Shown: positions 37,115 to 49,924 of the stretch, in pieces
Layout of the letters: the number at the start of each line of letters is the position of its first letter
How positions within the stretch are numbered: position 1 is the stretch's first letter
Assembly: GCF_044704955.1 (NCBI RefSeq)
Contig: NC_091985.1
Span: 147,622,001-147,686,000 of the forward strand
Length of the DNA: 64,000 nt
Source: Pristiophorus japonicus
Lineage: Eukaryota
Reading direction: 5' to 3'
Position numbers and translations under genes: made by a program
Notes under the pieces: model-generated
Databases searched by the model: none
What the model was told of the DNA's origin: nothing
Seen by the model: only the letters and a program-made list of their open reading frames with translations

Positions 37115-40100
37115 TATTTTTAAATTTCAAAATATACTTTATCCATATAAAAATTTTTACAGTACATTCAAAAGCAGTTCAGTACATTTAGCTGCGGTCA
37201 GCAATCCCATACACTACATTTGGGTGCTGATGGCAGTTCCGTTCGATACATTTCCCTGCTTTTCAGTTCAACTACAATTCGGTACAATACGGGATACATT
37301 GTAGTACATTCAACAGATTACATTACATGTGTCACTATACAGTACACGGAATGGGTGACGGTACATTTACATTTTTCTTTCCAACGTGCATTACGAAACA
37401 GACCTTGCATTGTTCATGGCACTATATAGGTGTTTACAGATCATGGTGCTCCATGTACACAAAAAAGAAGTTACAAGTACAGCCCGAGAGGGGTTTTGTA
37501 CTGATTCCTGCCCCTGGGTTTACCGTGGCAGAAGGGCTTTAAACTGTGGCCCTTCCCCACCGTGCCTTTGCGGCGACTGCACCAATTTTAAGTGCGTCCC
37601 TCAGCACGTAATCCTGGATCTTGGATTGCGCCAGTCTGCAACACGTAGACGTGGACATCTCCTTGCTCTGGAAGACCAGCAAGTTTCGGCAAGACCAAAG
37701 AGCGTCTTTGACCGAGTTGATGGCCCTCCAGCAGCAGGTGATGTCTGTCTCGGTGTGTGTCCCTGGGAACAGCCCGTAGAGCACAGAGTCCTGTGTTACG
37801 GAGCTGTTTGGGATGAACCTCGACAGCAACCACTGCATCTCCTTCCAAACCTGCCTTGCGAAGGCGCAATCCTGAAGGAGATGGGTGACAGTCTCGTCCG
37901 CCCCGCAGCTGACTCGGGGGCACCGTGCCGTGTTGCTGAGACGTCGGCTGTGCATGAACGCTCTGACGGGTAAGGCCCTCCTCACCGCCAACCAAGCTAC
38001 ATCTTGGTGCTTGTGTGAAAGCTCTGGCGATGAGACATTCTGCCAAACGAGTTCGACAGTCCGCTCAGGGAACCACCCGACAGGGTCCACCCTCTCCTTC
38101 TTTCGTAGGGCATCCAGGACATTACATGCTGACCACTGTTTTATGGCCATTTGGTCAAAGGGGTTTTTTGTGAAAAACTTTTCCACGAAGGACAGGTGGA
38201 CAGGCATGGTCCAACTGGTGGGGGCATTTCGCGGCAGCATGGCCAGGCATATCCTTCGCAACACCGGGGACAGGTAGAACCTCAGCACATAGTGACACTT
38301 GGTGTTTGCGTACCGGGGGTCTGTGCACAGCTTGATGCAGCAGCACACAAAGGTGGCCATCAGGATGAGGGCCACATTCGGAACGTCCTTTCCTCCACTG
38401 TCCAGAGATTTGTACATTGTGTCTCTGCGGACACGGTCCATTTTGGACCTCCGGACAAAGTGGAAGACGGCCCGGGTGACTGCCACGGCACAGGAGCGAG
38501 AGATGGGCCAGACCTGTGCCACGTGCAGCAAACCCGAGAGCACCTCACTCCTGATGACCAGGTTCTTTCCTGCCATGGAGAGGGAGCGCAGCTTCCACCA
38601 TTCCAGTTTTTGCTTCACTTTGGCGATACGCTCTTCCCAGTTTTTTGCGCACGCCCCGTCCGCTCCGAACCATATTCCCAACACCTTCAGGAAATCTGGC
38701 TTGACGGTGAAGGGAATGGAGGCTCAGTCGGTCCAGTTGCCAAAGAGCATGGCCTCGCTCTTGCAGCGATTGACCTTTGCTCCCGAGGCCAGTTCAAACT
38801 GGTCGCAGATTGCGAGCAATCTGCGGACCGATTGCGGATCCGAGCAAAAGACGGCGACATTGTCCATGTACAGGGAGGTCTTGACCTGAGCGCCTCCGCA
38901 GCCTGGGATCGTCAGCCCTCTAATGCCCGCATCCTTCCTGATGGACTCGGCAAAGGGCTCGATACAACACACAAACAAGACAGACGAGAGAGGACAGCCT
39001 TGCCAGACTCCAGATCTGATTGGAAAGCTTTGAGTTTCCCACCCATTGATTAGAACTGCGCTACTGATGTCTGTGTAGAGCAGTTGGATCCAATTGCGGA
39101 TACCCTCCCCCAACCCCATTTTGGAGAGCAAGTCCATCAGGTACGCATGCGATATCCTGTCAAAGGCCTTCTCCTGGTCCAAGCTGATTAAACAGGTGTC
39201 CACCCTCCTATCCCGCACGTAGGCGATCGTATCTCTGAGTAGCGCGAGGCTATCAGAGATCTTCCTGCCGGGGACAGCGCAGATCTGGTCCGGGTGAATC
39301 ACCAGCTCAAGAGCAGACTTGACCCTGTTGGTAATGACCTTTGACAGGATCTTCCACATTGAGCAGTGAGATGGACGCCAGTTTTTGATTTCCTCCCTCT
39401 CCCCCTTCTGCTTGTAGATGAGGGTAATGATGCCTTTCCTCATCGATTCTGACATGCTGCCGGCCAGAAGCATACCCTCGTACACTTCCAGCAGGTCTGG
39501 GCCCATCCAGTCCCACAGAGCCGAATACATTTCGACCGGTAAGCCGTCGCTTCCAGGAGTTTTATTCAGCTCTGTCAGCTCGTCCAGAGTTAGCGGGTGG
39601 TCCAGATTCTCCCGCTCGCTGTCGTCTAAGACCTCCGAAATAGATGAAAGGAAAGACTGGGAGGCCGCGCGGTCTGTGGGCTTGACGTCGTACAGCCTGG
39701 CATAGAAGGATTTGCTGATCCTCAGCATGTCAGGCTGTGAAGACGTCACAGAACCATCTTCTTCCTTTAGGCTGGTGATCACAGAGCTCCCCCTGTGTAC
39801 CTTTTGGAAGAAGAAACGCGAACACGTCTCATCCTGCTCGACGGAGCGGACTCTGGAGCGGAAAATGATTTTGGAGGACTCTAGGCAAAGAGCGAGGCTT
39901 GCTGGCCCTTCACCTCTTCGAGTTCCTCCGCGACATCGACCCCCATCGACTGCAGCAGGAGCAGGTTTTGCATAATCGTCTGGAGTTGGGACAATTCCCT
40001 CTGTCTCCCTCTCACCTCCTGAACACCTTTGAGGATGAAGAACCTCTTGATGTTCGTCTTGATTGTTTCCCACCAGTGCATCAGGGAATCACAGAGGGGT

Positions 40101-40774
40101 TTTACGGTTCTCCAACCTTTGTAATCCCTCTTGAGTTCCTCAACGTTTTCCGGAGTCAACAGTTTCACGTTCAGCTTCCATATCCCTCTGCCAACTTTCT
40201 GGTTTTCCTGTGGGTGACAGTTGGCCAAAAGGAGGCAGTGGTCAGAGAGGAACACCAGCGTAACGTCGGTGGATCTGACCTTGAGCGTGTGGGACACAAA
40301 CAGGAAGTCTATTCTGGAACGGAAGGACTGGTCTGGTCTCGACCAGGTGTATCTGAGCGGTGCTCCGTCTGCAGGGTTGCTGAAGACGTCGCACAGCTTG
40401 GCATCTTTTACCGCATCCATCAGGAGTTTGGACGTGGCGTCCAGCTTGCTGTCGGCTCTGCTGGATCGTCCAGCCACATCGATGATGCAGTTGAAGTCAC
40501 CGCCCAGAATGACCGGCCTGCACGTTTCCAGTAGCAGTGGGAGCTGCTGGAAGAGGGCCAGCCTCTCTTTCTTGAGAGCTGGGGCGTAAACATTAATTAA
40601 CCTGAGAGGGGAGTTTTTGTACATTACATCTGCTACGAGGAGGCGGCCGCCCACCACCTCCTTAACTTCGGTGATGGTGAAGTGGCCTCCCCGCAGCAGA
40701 ATGCCCAGGCTGGAAGACCGGCTGTCATTGCCTCCTGACCATGTGGATGGTCCATGGGCCCACCATCGTGACCA
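37115..40774 (-). mobile_element. Tx1-type (L1 clade) non-LTR retrotransposon, 5'-truncated inside the endonuclease
   Basis: INVYAP, ILGGDFNC, SRIDF, SDH (APE); LDQEKAFDRISH, QGCPLS, YMDN (RT); C-terminal CPRVSC..ETVTHLLQDC; 3' end ataaagtatattttgaaa plus A-run. Confidence 0.92.
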
Positions 40775-43410
40775 GTGCACCACAAAGCCAGAGCGGTGCT
40801 GTATGTGATGCGTAAAAAAATTGAAAGTGAACTGGACAGGCTGCTCAGAGAGGGCATAATTTCGGCCGTTGAATTCAGCGACTGGGCAAGTCCCATCGTT
40901 CCCGTCCTCAAAGCAGATGGCTCGGTTAGGATTTGTGACGACTACAAAGCCACCATCAACTGAGTATCGCTGCAAGACCAATACCCGCTTCCGAGAGCGG
41001 AGGACCTTTTTGCCACGCTGGCAGGTGGTAAGCTGTTCACGAAGCTGGACCTCACTTCGGCCTACACTACTCAGGAACTGGCTGAAGAATCCAAGCTTCT
41101 GACCACCATCACGACACACAAGGGATTATTTGTCTACAACAGGTGTCTGTTTGGCATTCGTTCGGCAGCAGCCATCTTTCAGAGAAACATGGAAAGCTTG
41201 CTCAAATCCATTCCTGGAACAATCGTATTCCAAGATGACATTCTCATAACGGATCGAGACACCAAAGAACACTTCCACAACCTGGAGGAGATGCTACGCC
41301 GATTGGATCGGGTAGGCTTGCGGCTGAAAAAGGCCAAGTGTGTGTTTTTGGCCCCAGAGGTCGAGTTTTTGGGCAGGAGGGTTGCCGCAGACGGGATCCG
41401 GCCCACTGAATCAAAAACGGAGGCAATCCGCCGGGCGCCCAGGCCCGGCAACACGTCGGAGTTGCGATCATTCCTGGGACTTTTGAACTATTTTAGGAAC
41501 TTTCTGCTGAACTTAAGCACATTGCTGGAGCCATTACACATGCTCCTGCGTAAAGGTTGTGAATGGTTTTGGGGGGACTGTCAAGAACCGGCTTTCAATA
41601 AGGCGAGGAACCTGCTGTGTTCCAACAAACTGTTGATTTTGTATGACCCTTGTAAAAAACTGGTCTTAACATGTAATGCTTCATCCTACGGGGTTGGGTG
41701 TGTGTTACAGCAGGCTTATGCCTCCAGGTCGCTCTCCCAGGCAGAGCGTGGATACAGCATGGTCGAAAAGGAAGCACTCGCTTGTGTGTACGGTGTGAAA
41801 AAGATGCACCCTACCTTTTTGGTAGACAGTTCGAGCTAGAGACAGACCACAAGCCGTTAACATCCTTGTTGTCCGACAGCAAGGCTGTCAACGCCAATGC
41901 ATCAGCTCGCATACAGTGCTGGGCCCTCACGCTGGCTTCATATGACTACACCATACGGCACCGGCCAGGCACCAAAAATTGCGCTGATGCGCTCAGCAGG
42001 CTCCCACTGGCCACCACCGAGGAGGCGTCGGAGCAGAGCGCCGAGATGGTCATGGCCATTGAGGCTTTTGACACTGCTGGCTCCCCCATCACAGCCCACC
42101 AGATCAAACTCTGGACCAACAGGGACCCCCTCCTATCCATGATAAAGAAATGTTCCTGACTGGGGATTGGGCGACCGCACACAGGGCATGCCCCGAGGAA
42201 GTCAGACCGTTTCAGAGACGGATGGATGAGCTCTCCATCCAAGCCGACTGCCTGCTATGGGGCAGCCGGTAGTCATGCCCCAGAAAGGAAGGGAAGCATT
42301 CATCAGTGAACTCTACAGCGAGCACCCTGACATCGTGTTAATGAAGGCCATTGCCCGGTCACATGTATGGTGGCCGGGGATTGACTCAGACCTGGAAAAC
42401 TGGGTTCACAGGTGCACGACGTGTGCCCAGCTGGGCAATGCCCCCAGGGAGGCCCCACTCAGCCCGTGGCCCTGGCCACCAGATCATGGTCACGTATTCA
42501 AGTAGACTATGCGGGTCCATTCATGGGGAAAATGTTCCTGATTGTTGTCGATGCATACTCGAAGTGGATCGAGCGCATCATATTGAACTCGTGCACGGCA
42601 TCCATCACCGTGGAGAGTCTGCATTCGGTTTTCGCGACCCATGGGTTGCCGGACGTCCTGGTCAGCGACAATGGCCCGTGTTTCACCAGCCATGAATTCC
42701 AGGAGTTTATGTCGGGCAATGGTATCAAGCACGACCGGACAGCGCCGTTGAAGCCGGCGTCCAATGGCCAGGCGGAACAGGCGGTCCAAGTCATAAAACA
42801 GGGCATGCTACGCATCCAAGGACCCTCCCTTCAGTACCGCCTATCGCGCCTCCTGCTGGCCTACAGGTCCCGCCCGCACTCACTCACGGGAGTCCCGCCA
42901 GCGGAACTCCTCATGAAACGCACGCTCAAGACACAGCTGTCCCTCATTCACCCAGCCCTGGCAGACATTGTTGAGGGCAAACGCCAGTCCAAAACTGAGC
43001 TCCATGACCGAAACTCAAGGGGGACGTGTATAGAAATAGATTACCCGGTATTTGTTCTTAACCATGCTTTGGTACCCAAGTGGCTTGAGGGCACCATAAT
43101 TGGCAAAGAAGGAAATAGAGTCATGGTGGTCCGACTAAACAATGGGCAGATATGCCGCAAACACTTGGACCAAGTAAAGAAAAGGTTCAGCATTGACACG
43201 GAGGAACCTGAAGAAGAACATGAGATGGTACCCACCACTGCCAGCGGACGAGCAACAAAGACAGCCCTCAGCATGCACAGTCCCTGCGGCCAGCCCGGAC
43301 AGGCCGGAATCACCTCAAGTGACAGAGGCGCATGCCGAGCTCAGCCACCAGAGCCACAACTGCAGCGCTACACGAGAAAGCGTCGACCACCTGACAGACT
43401 TAACCTCTGA
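40770..43410 (+). pseudogene. Gypsy pol remnant: RT, RNase H, integrase
   Basis: WASPIVPVLKADGSVRICDDYK, FQDDIL, LRSFLGLLNY, TDHKPL, H..H..C..C zinc finger, WSRIQVDYAGPF, VSDNGPCF, SNGQAE; several stops and frameshifts. Confidence 0.92.
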
Positions 43411-43437
43411 AACAAAAAGACTTAAGTGGGGAGGTGA

Positions 43438-43704
43438 TGTCATGTATTTAACCATCTTGCAAAGACGTAGTCATGTAACTGTAACTCATGTACACTGTAC
43501 CTGCACCCTAGAAATGCACATCCTGACCACAGGGGGTGAACTTGCAGGAGACACTCCTCACCTGGGTTTCCAGGTATAAAAGGGGAGGTCCCACCCAGGA
43601 TGAACTCTCCTTGGTCCTGGCAATAAAGCAGAAGGTCACAGAGTGACCGTGTCTGATATATCCATGCCTCGTGTGAGTTTGTAGTAAGGTGCAGGGACAC
43701 TACA
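43438..43704 (+). repeat. 3' LTR
   Basis: Preceded by PPT aagtggggaggtga and followed by TSD attac. Confidence 0.95.
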
Positions 43705-44118
43705 ATTACTATAATCAATCCTCTGAATATCACTACAATCAATCCTCTGACTACTACAACAGCCAATCCTCTTAATATTACTACAGTCAATCCTCTGAAT
43801 ATTACTATAATCAATCCTCTGAATATTACTATAGATGATGCTCTGAATATTACTAAAGTCAATCCACTGAATATTACTATAATCAATTATGTGAATATTA
43901 CTATAATCAATTACCTAAATGTTACTTTAATCAATCCACTGAATATTACTGTAGTCATTGATCTGAATATTACTATGCTCAATCCTGTGAATATTACTAA
44001 AGTCAATGCTCTGAATATTACGATAGTCATTCCTCTGCATAATAATACATTCACTTCTCTGAATATTACTATAATCAATTTGCTGAGTATTACTATAGTC
44101 AATCCTCTGAATATTACT

Positions 44119-45216
44119 AGAAACATAGAAACATAGAAAATAGGTGCAGGAGTAGGCCATTCGGCCCTTCTAGCCTGCACCGCCATTCAATGAGTTCATG
44201 GCTGAACATGCAACTTCAGTACCCCATTCCTGCTTTCTCACCATACCCCTTGATTCCCCTAGTAGTAAGGACTTCATCTAACTCCTTTTTGAATATATTT
44301 AGTGAATTGGCCTCAACAACTTTCTGTGGTAGAGAATTCCACAGGTTCACCACTCTCTGGGTGAAGAAATTCCTCCTCATCTCGGTCCTAAATGGCTTCC
44401 CCCTTATCCTTAGACTGTGTCCCCTGGTTCTGGACTTCCCCAACATTGGGAACATTCTTCCTGCATCTAACCTGTCTAACCCCGTCAGAATTTTAAACGT
44501 TTCTATGAGGTCCCCTCTCATTCTTCTGAACTCCAGTGAATACAAGCCCAGTTGATCCAGTCTTTCTTGATAGGTCAGTCCCGCCATCCCGGGAATCAGT
44601 CTGGTGAACCTTCGCTGCACTCCCTCAATAGCAAGAATGTCCTTCCTCAGGTTAGGAGACCAAAACTGTACACAATACTCCAGGTGTGGCCTCACCAAGG
44701 CCCTGTACAATTGTAGCAACACCTCCCTGCCCTTGTACTCAAATCCCCTCGCTATGAAGGCCAACATGCCATTTGCTTTCTTAACCGACTGCTGTACCTG
44801 CATGCCAACCTTCAATGACTGATGTACCATGACACCCAGGTCTCTTTGCACCTGCCCTTTTCCTAATCTGTCACCATTCAGATAATAGTCTGTCTCTCTG
44901 TTTTTACCATCAAAGTGGATAACCTCACATTTATCCACATTATACTTCATCTGCCATGCATTTGCCCACTCACCTAACCTATCCAAGTCACTCTGCAGCC
45001 TCATAGAATCCTCCTTGCAGCTCACACTGCCACCCAACTTAGTGTCATCCGCAAATTTGGAGATACTACATTTAATCCCCTCGTCTAAATCATTAATGTA
45101 CAGTGTAAACAGCTGGGGCCCCAGCACAGAACCTTGCGGTACCCCACTAGTCACTGCCTGCCATTCTGAAAAGTCCCCATTTACTCCTACTCTTTGCTTC
45201 CTGTCTGACAACCAAT
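44119..45216 (-). mobile_element. CR1 LINE inserted in the satellite
   Basis: Uninterrupted 331-aa RT C-terminal ORF 44216-45211; tail tagaaacatagaaacatagaaa. Confidence 0.95.
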
Positions 45217-48200
45217 CCTCTGATAATCAATCCTCTGAGTATTACTATAATCAATTATCTGAATATTACTATAATCAATCCTCTGAATATAACTATAACC
45301 AATCCTCTGAATAATACTATAATTAATCCACTGAATATTACTATAATCAATTACCTGAATAATCCTCTGAATATTACGAAAGTTAATCCTCTGAATATTG
45401 CTAAAGTCAATCCACTGAATAATATTATGGTCAATCCCTGAATATTACTATAGTCAATTCTCTGAATATTACTATAATCAATCTTCTGCATATGACTATA
45501 GTCAATGATTGGAATATTATTGTAGACAATCCTCTGAATATTGCTAAAGTCAATCCACTGAATATTATTATGGTCAATCCCCTGAATATTACTATAGTCA
45601 GAGATCTGAATATTATTATATACAATACTCTGTCTATTACTAAAGATAATCCTCTGAATATTATAATCAATCCTCTGAATATTACTATAATCAATTCTCT
45701 GAATATTACTATATTAAATTCACTGAATATTACTATAATGAATCCACTCAATAATACTATAATCAATCCTCTGAATACTGCTATAGTTAATGTATAATTC
45801 TTTAGTCAATTATCTCACTATGACTGTAACAAATGATCTAAATATTACTAAATCGATCCTCTGAATAATACTATAGACAACCCTCTGAATATTGCTAACT
45901 ACAATCCTCTGAATATTACTATAATCAATCCTCTGAATATTACTATAATCAATTCTCTGAATATTACCACAATAAATCCTCTGAATATTACTGTAATCAA
46001 TCCACTGGATATTACTATAGTCAATGACCTGAATATTACTGTAGACAACCCTCTGAATAGTATTAAAGTCAATCCTCAGAATATTGCTAAACTCAATCCA
46101 CTGAATATTACTATGGACAATCCTTTGAATATTACTATCATAAATTACCTGAATATTACTATAATCATACCTCAGAATATTACCAAATTCATTCAATGTT
46201 ACTACAATCAAACCTATGAATATTGCCAAATTCAATCCTCGGAATATTATTTTAAGCATTCCTCTGAATAATACTATAATCTGAATATTACTATAATCAA
46301 ACTTCTGAAAATTACTATAGTCATTCATGTGAATATTCCGAGAATCAATTATTTAAATATTACTTAAATCAATCTCTGAATATTACTACAGTCAATGATC
46401 TGAATATTATTGTAGACAATCCTCTGAATATTGCTAAAGTCAATCCACTGAATATTATTCTGGTCAATCCTCTGAATATTACTATAATCAATCCTCTTAA
46501 TATTACTATGGACAATCCTTTGAATATTACTAAAGTCAATCCACTGAATATTATATGGTCAATCCTCTGTATATGAGTATGGTCAAACCTAGGAATATTT
46601 CTAAAATCAATGCTCTGAATATTACTATAGTCATTCCTCTGTATTATTACATTCAATCCTCTGAATATTACTATAATCAATCCCCTGAATATTACTATAA
46701 CCAATCCTCTGAATATTACAATAGTTAATCCTCTGAATATTACTGTAAACAATCCTCTGAATATTGCTAAAGTCAATCCACTAAATATTATTCTGGTCAA
46801 TCCTCTGCATATTACTATAATCAATTCACTGAATATTACTATAATCAATCCTCTGAATATTACTATAGTCAGTCCTCTGAATATTACTAAAGTCAATCCA
46901 CTGAATATTACTAAAGTCAATGCTCTGAATATTACCAAATTCAATCCTTGGAATATTACGATAATCAATCCTCTGAATATAGCCAATTTCAATCGTCTGA
47001 ATTTTACTATAATCAATCCTCTGAATATTACGATAATCAATCCTCTGAATATTATTATAGTCAATGAATATTAATTTAGTCAATTATCTCAATATTACTG
47101 TAATAAATGACCTAAATGTTACTACAATCAATCCTCTGAATATTACTATATACAATCCTCTGAATATTACTAATTACAATCCTCTGAATATTACTATAAT
47201 CAATCCACTGAATATTACCAAATTGAATCCTCTGAATATTACTATAATCAATCCACTGAATATTACTAACGACAATCCTCTGAATATTACTATAGACAAT
47301 CCTCTGAATATTGCTATAATAAATCCTCTGAATATTACTGTAATCAATCCTCAAAATATTACCAAATTCATTCAATGTTACTACAATCAAACCTCTGAAT
47401 ATTGCCAAATTCAATCCTCTGAATATTACGATAAACATTCCCCTGAATAATAGTGTAATCAATCCTCCGAATATTAGTATAATCAAACTTCTGAATATTA
47501 CTATAGTCAATCATCTGAATATTACTATAATCAATTATCTGAATATTACTATAATCAAATACTCTGAATATTACTATAGTCAATGATCTGAATATTATTG
47601 TAGACAATCTTCTGATTAGTACTAAATTCAATTCTCTGAATATTGCTGAAGTCAATCCACTGAATATTATTATGGTTAATCATCTGAATATTACTATAAT
47701 CAATTATCTGAATATAACTACAATCAATCCTCTGAATAATTACTATAATCAATTATCTGAATATAACTATAATCAATCCTTTGAATAATAATATAATCAA
47801 TCCTCTGAATATTACTATAATCAATCCACTGAATAGTACTATAATCAATTTCCTGAATAATACTGTAGTCAATTCTCTGAATATTACTAAAGTCAATCCA
47901 CTGAATATTATTATGGCCTGAATAGTACTATAATCGATCCTCTGAATAGTACTGTAGTCAATCCTATGAATATTAACAAATTCAATCCTCGGAATATTGC
48001 TATAGTCAATCCTCTGAATATTACTAGAATCATTCCTCTGAATATTACTATAATAAATCTTTGGAATATTACTGTAATCAAACTGCTGAATATTATTATA
48101 GTCAATGACCTGTATATTACTGTAGACACTACTCTGAATACTATTAACGTCATTCCTCTGAATATTGCTAAAGTCAATCCACTGAATATTAATATTATAA

Positions 48201-49033
48201 ATTACCTGAATATTACTATAATCAATCCTCTGAATATTACCAAATTCATTCAATGTTACTACAATCAAACCTCTGAATATTGTCAAATTCAATCCTCGGA
48301 ATATTACTATAACCAGTCCCCTGACTATTACTATAAGCATTTCCCTGAATAATACTATAATCAATCCTCTGAATATTACTATAATCAAACCTCTGACTAT
48401 TACTATAGTCAATCATCTGAATATTACTGTAAACAGTCCTATGAATATTGCTAAAATCAATCCACTGAATTTTATTATGGTCAATCCTCTAAATATTACT
48501 ATAATCAATTATCTGAATATAACCATAATCAATCCTCTGAATATTACAATAATCAATTCTCTGAATATTACTATAAAGAATCCTATGAATATTGCTAATG
48601 TCAATCCACTGAATTTTATTATGGTCAATCCTCTGAATGTTACCATAATCAATCCTCTGAATATTACCATAGTTAATCCTCTGAATATTACTGTAAACAG
48701 TCCTATGACTATTGCTAAAATCAATCCACTGAATATAACTATAATCAATCCTCTGAATAATATTATAATCAATCCACTGAATATTACTATAGTCAATCCT
48801 CTGAATATTACTATAGACAATCCACTCAATATTACTATAATAAATCCTCTGAATATTACTGTAATCAATCCGCTGAATAATACTATAGTCACTGATCTGA
48901 ATATTATTGTAGACAATCCTCTGAATATTGCTAAAGTCAATCCTCTGAATATTGCTAAAGTCAATCCACTGAATATTATTAAGGTCAATCCTCTGAATAT
49001 TACTATAATCAATACTCTGAATATTACTATAGT

Positions 49034-49924
49034 CATAGAAAAATAGAAAATATGTGCAGGAGTAGGCCATTCGGCCCTTCGAGCCTGCACCACCATTCAA
49101 TAAGATCATGGCTGATCATTCACCTCAGTACCCCTTTCCTGCTTTCTCTCCATGCCCCTTGATCCCTTCAGCCATAAGAGCCATATCTAACACCCTCTTG
49201 AATATATCCAATGAACTGGCATCAACAACTCTCTGCGGTAGGGAATTCCACAGGTTCACAACTCTCTGAGTGAAGAAGTTTCTCCTCATCTCAGTCCTAA
49301 ATGGCTTACCCCTTATCCTTAGTCTATGTCCCCTGGTTCTGCACTTCCCCATCATCGGGAACATTCTTCCTGCCTCTAACCTGTCCATTTCCGTCAGAAT
49401 TTTATGTTTCTATCTGATCCCCTCTCATCCTTCTAAACTCCAGTGAATGCAGGCCCAATCGATCCAGTCTCTCCTCATATGTCAGTCCTGCCATCCCGGG
49501 AATCAGTCTGGTGAACCTTCGCTGCACTCCCTCAATAGCAAGAACGTCCTTCGTCAGGTTAGGAGACCAAAACTGAACACATTATTCCAGGTGAGGCCTC
49601 ACCAAGGCCCTGTACAACTCACACCTATACTCAAATCCCCATTTGCCTTCTTCATCGCCTGCTGTACCTGCATGACAACTTTCAATGACTGATGTACCAT
49701 GACACCCAGGTCTCGTTGCACCTCCCCTTTTCCTAATCTGCCGCCACTCAGATAATATTCTGCCTTTGTGTTTTTGCCACCAAAGTGACTAACCTCACAT
49801 TTATCCACATTATACTGCATCTGCCAGACGTTTGCCCACTCACCTAACCTGTCCAAGTCACTCTGCAGCCTCTTAGCGTCCTCCTCACAGCTCACACCGC
49901 CACCCAGCTTAGTGTCATCTGCAA
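49034..49924 (-). mobile_element. CR1 LINE inserted in the satellite
   Basis: ORFs 49125-49388 and 49599-49895 of the CR1 RT C-terminus; catagaaa tail. Confidence 0.95.

Larger units (their letters stand above)
35747..43704 (+). mobile_element. Gypsy (Mag-type) LTR retrotransposon, complete but decayed, with nested Tx1
   Basis: 267-bp LTRs 35747-36013 and 43438-43704 (TG..CA), TSD ATTAC, PBS, PPT, gag and RT-RNaseH-integrase order. Confidence 0.95.

Noticed and set aside
39881-41119. 412-aa ORF as a novel fusion protein
   Set aside because: Its N-terminus is antisense Gypsy RT running by chance into the truncated Tx1 endonuclease frame.
42412-43410. Domesticated integrase gene
   Set aside because: It lies inside an LTR-bounded element with frameshifts immediately upstream; nothing suggests selection.
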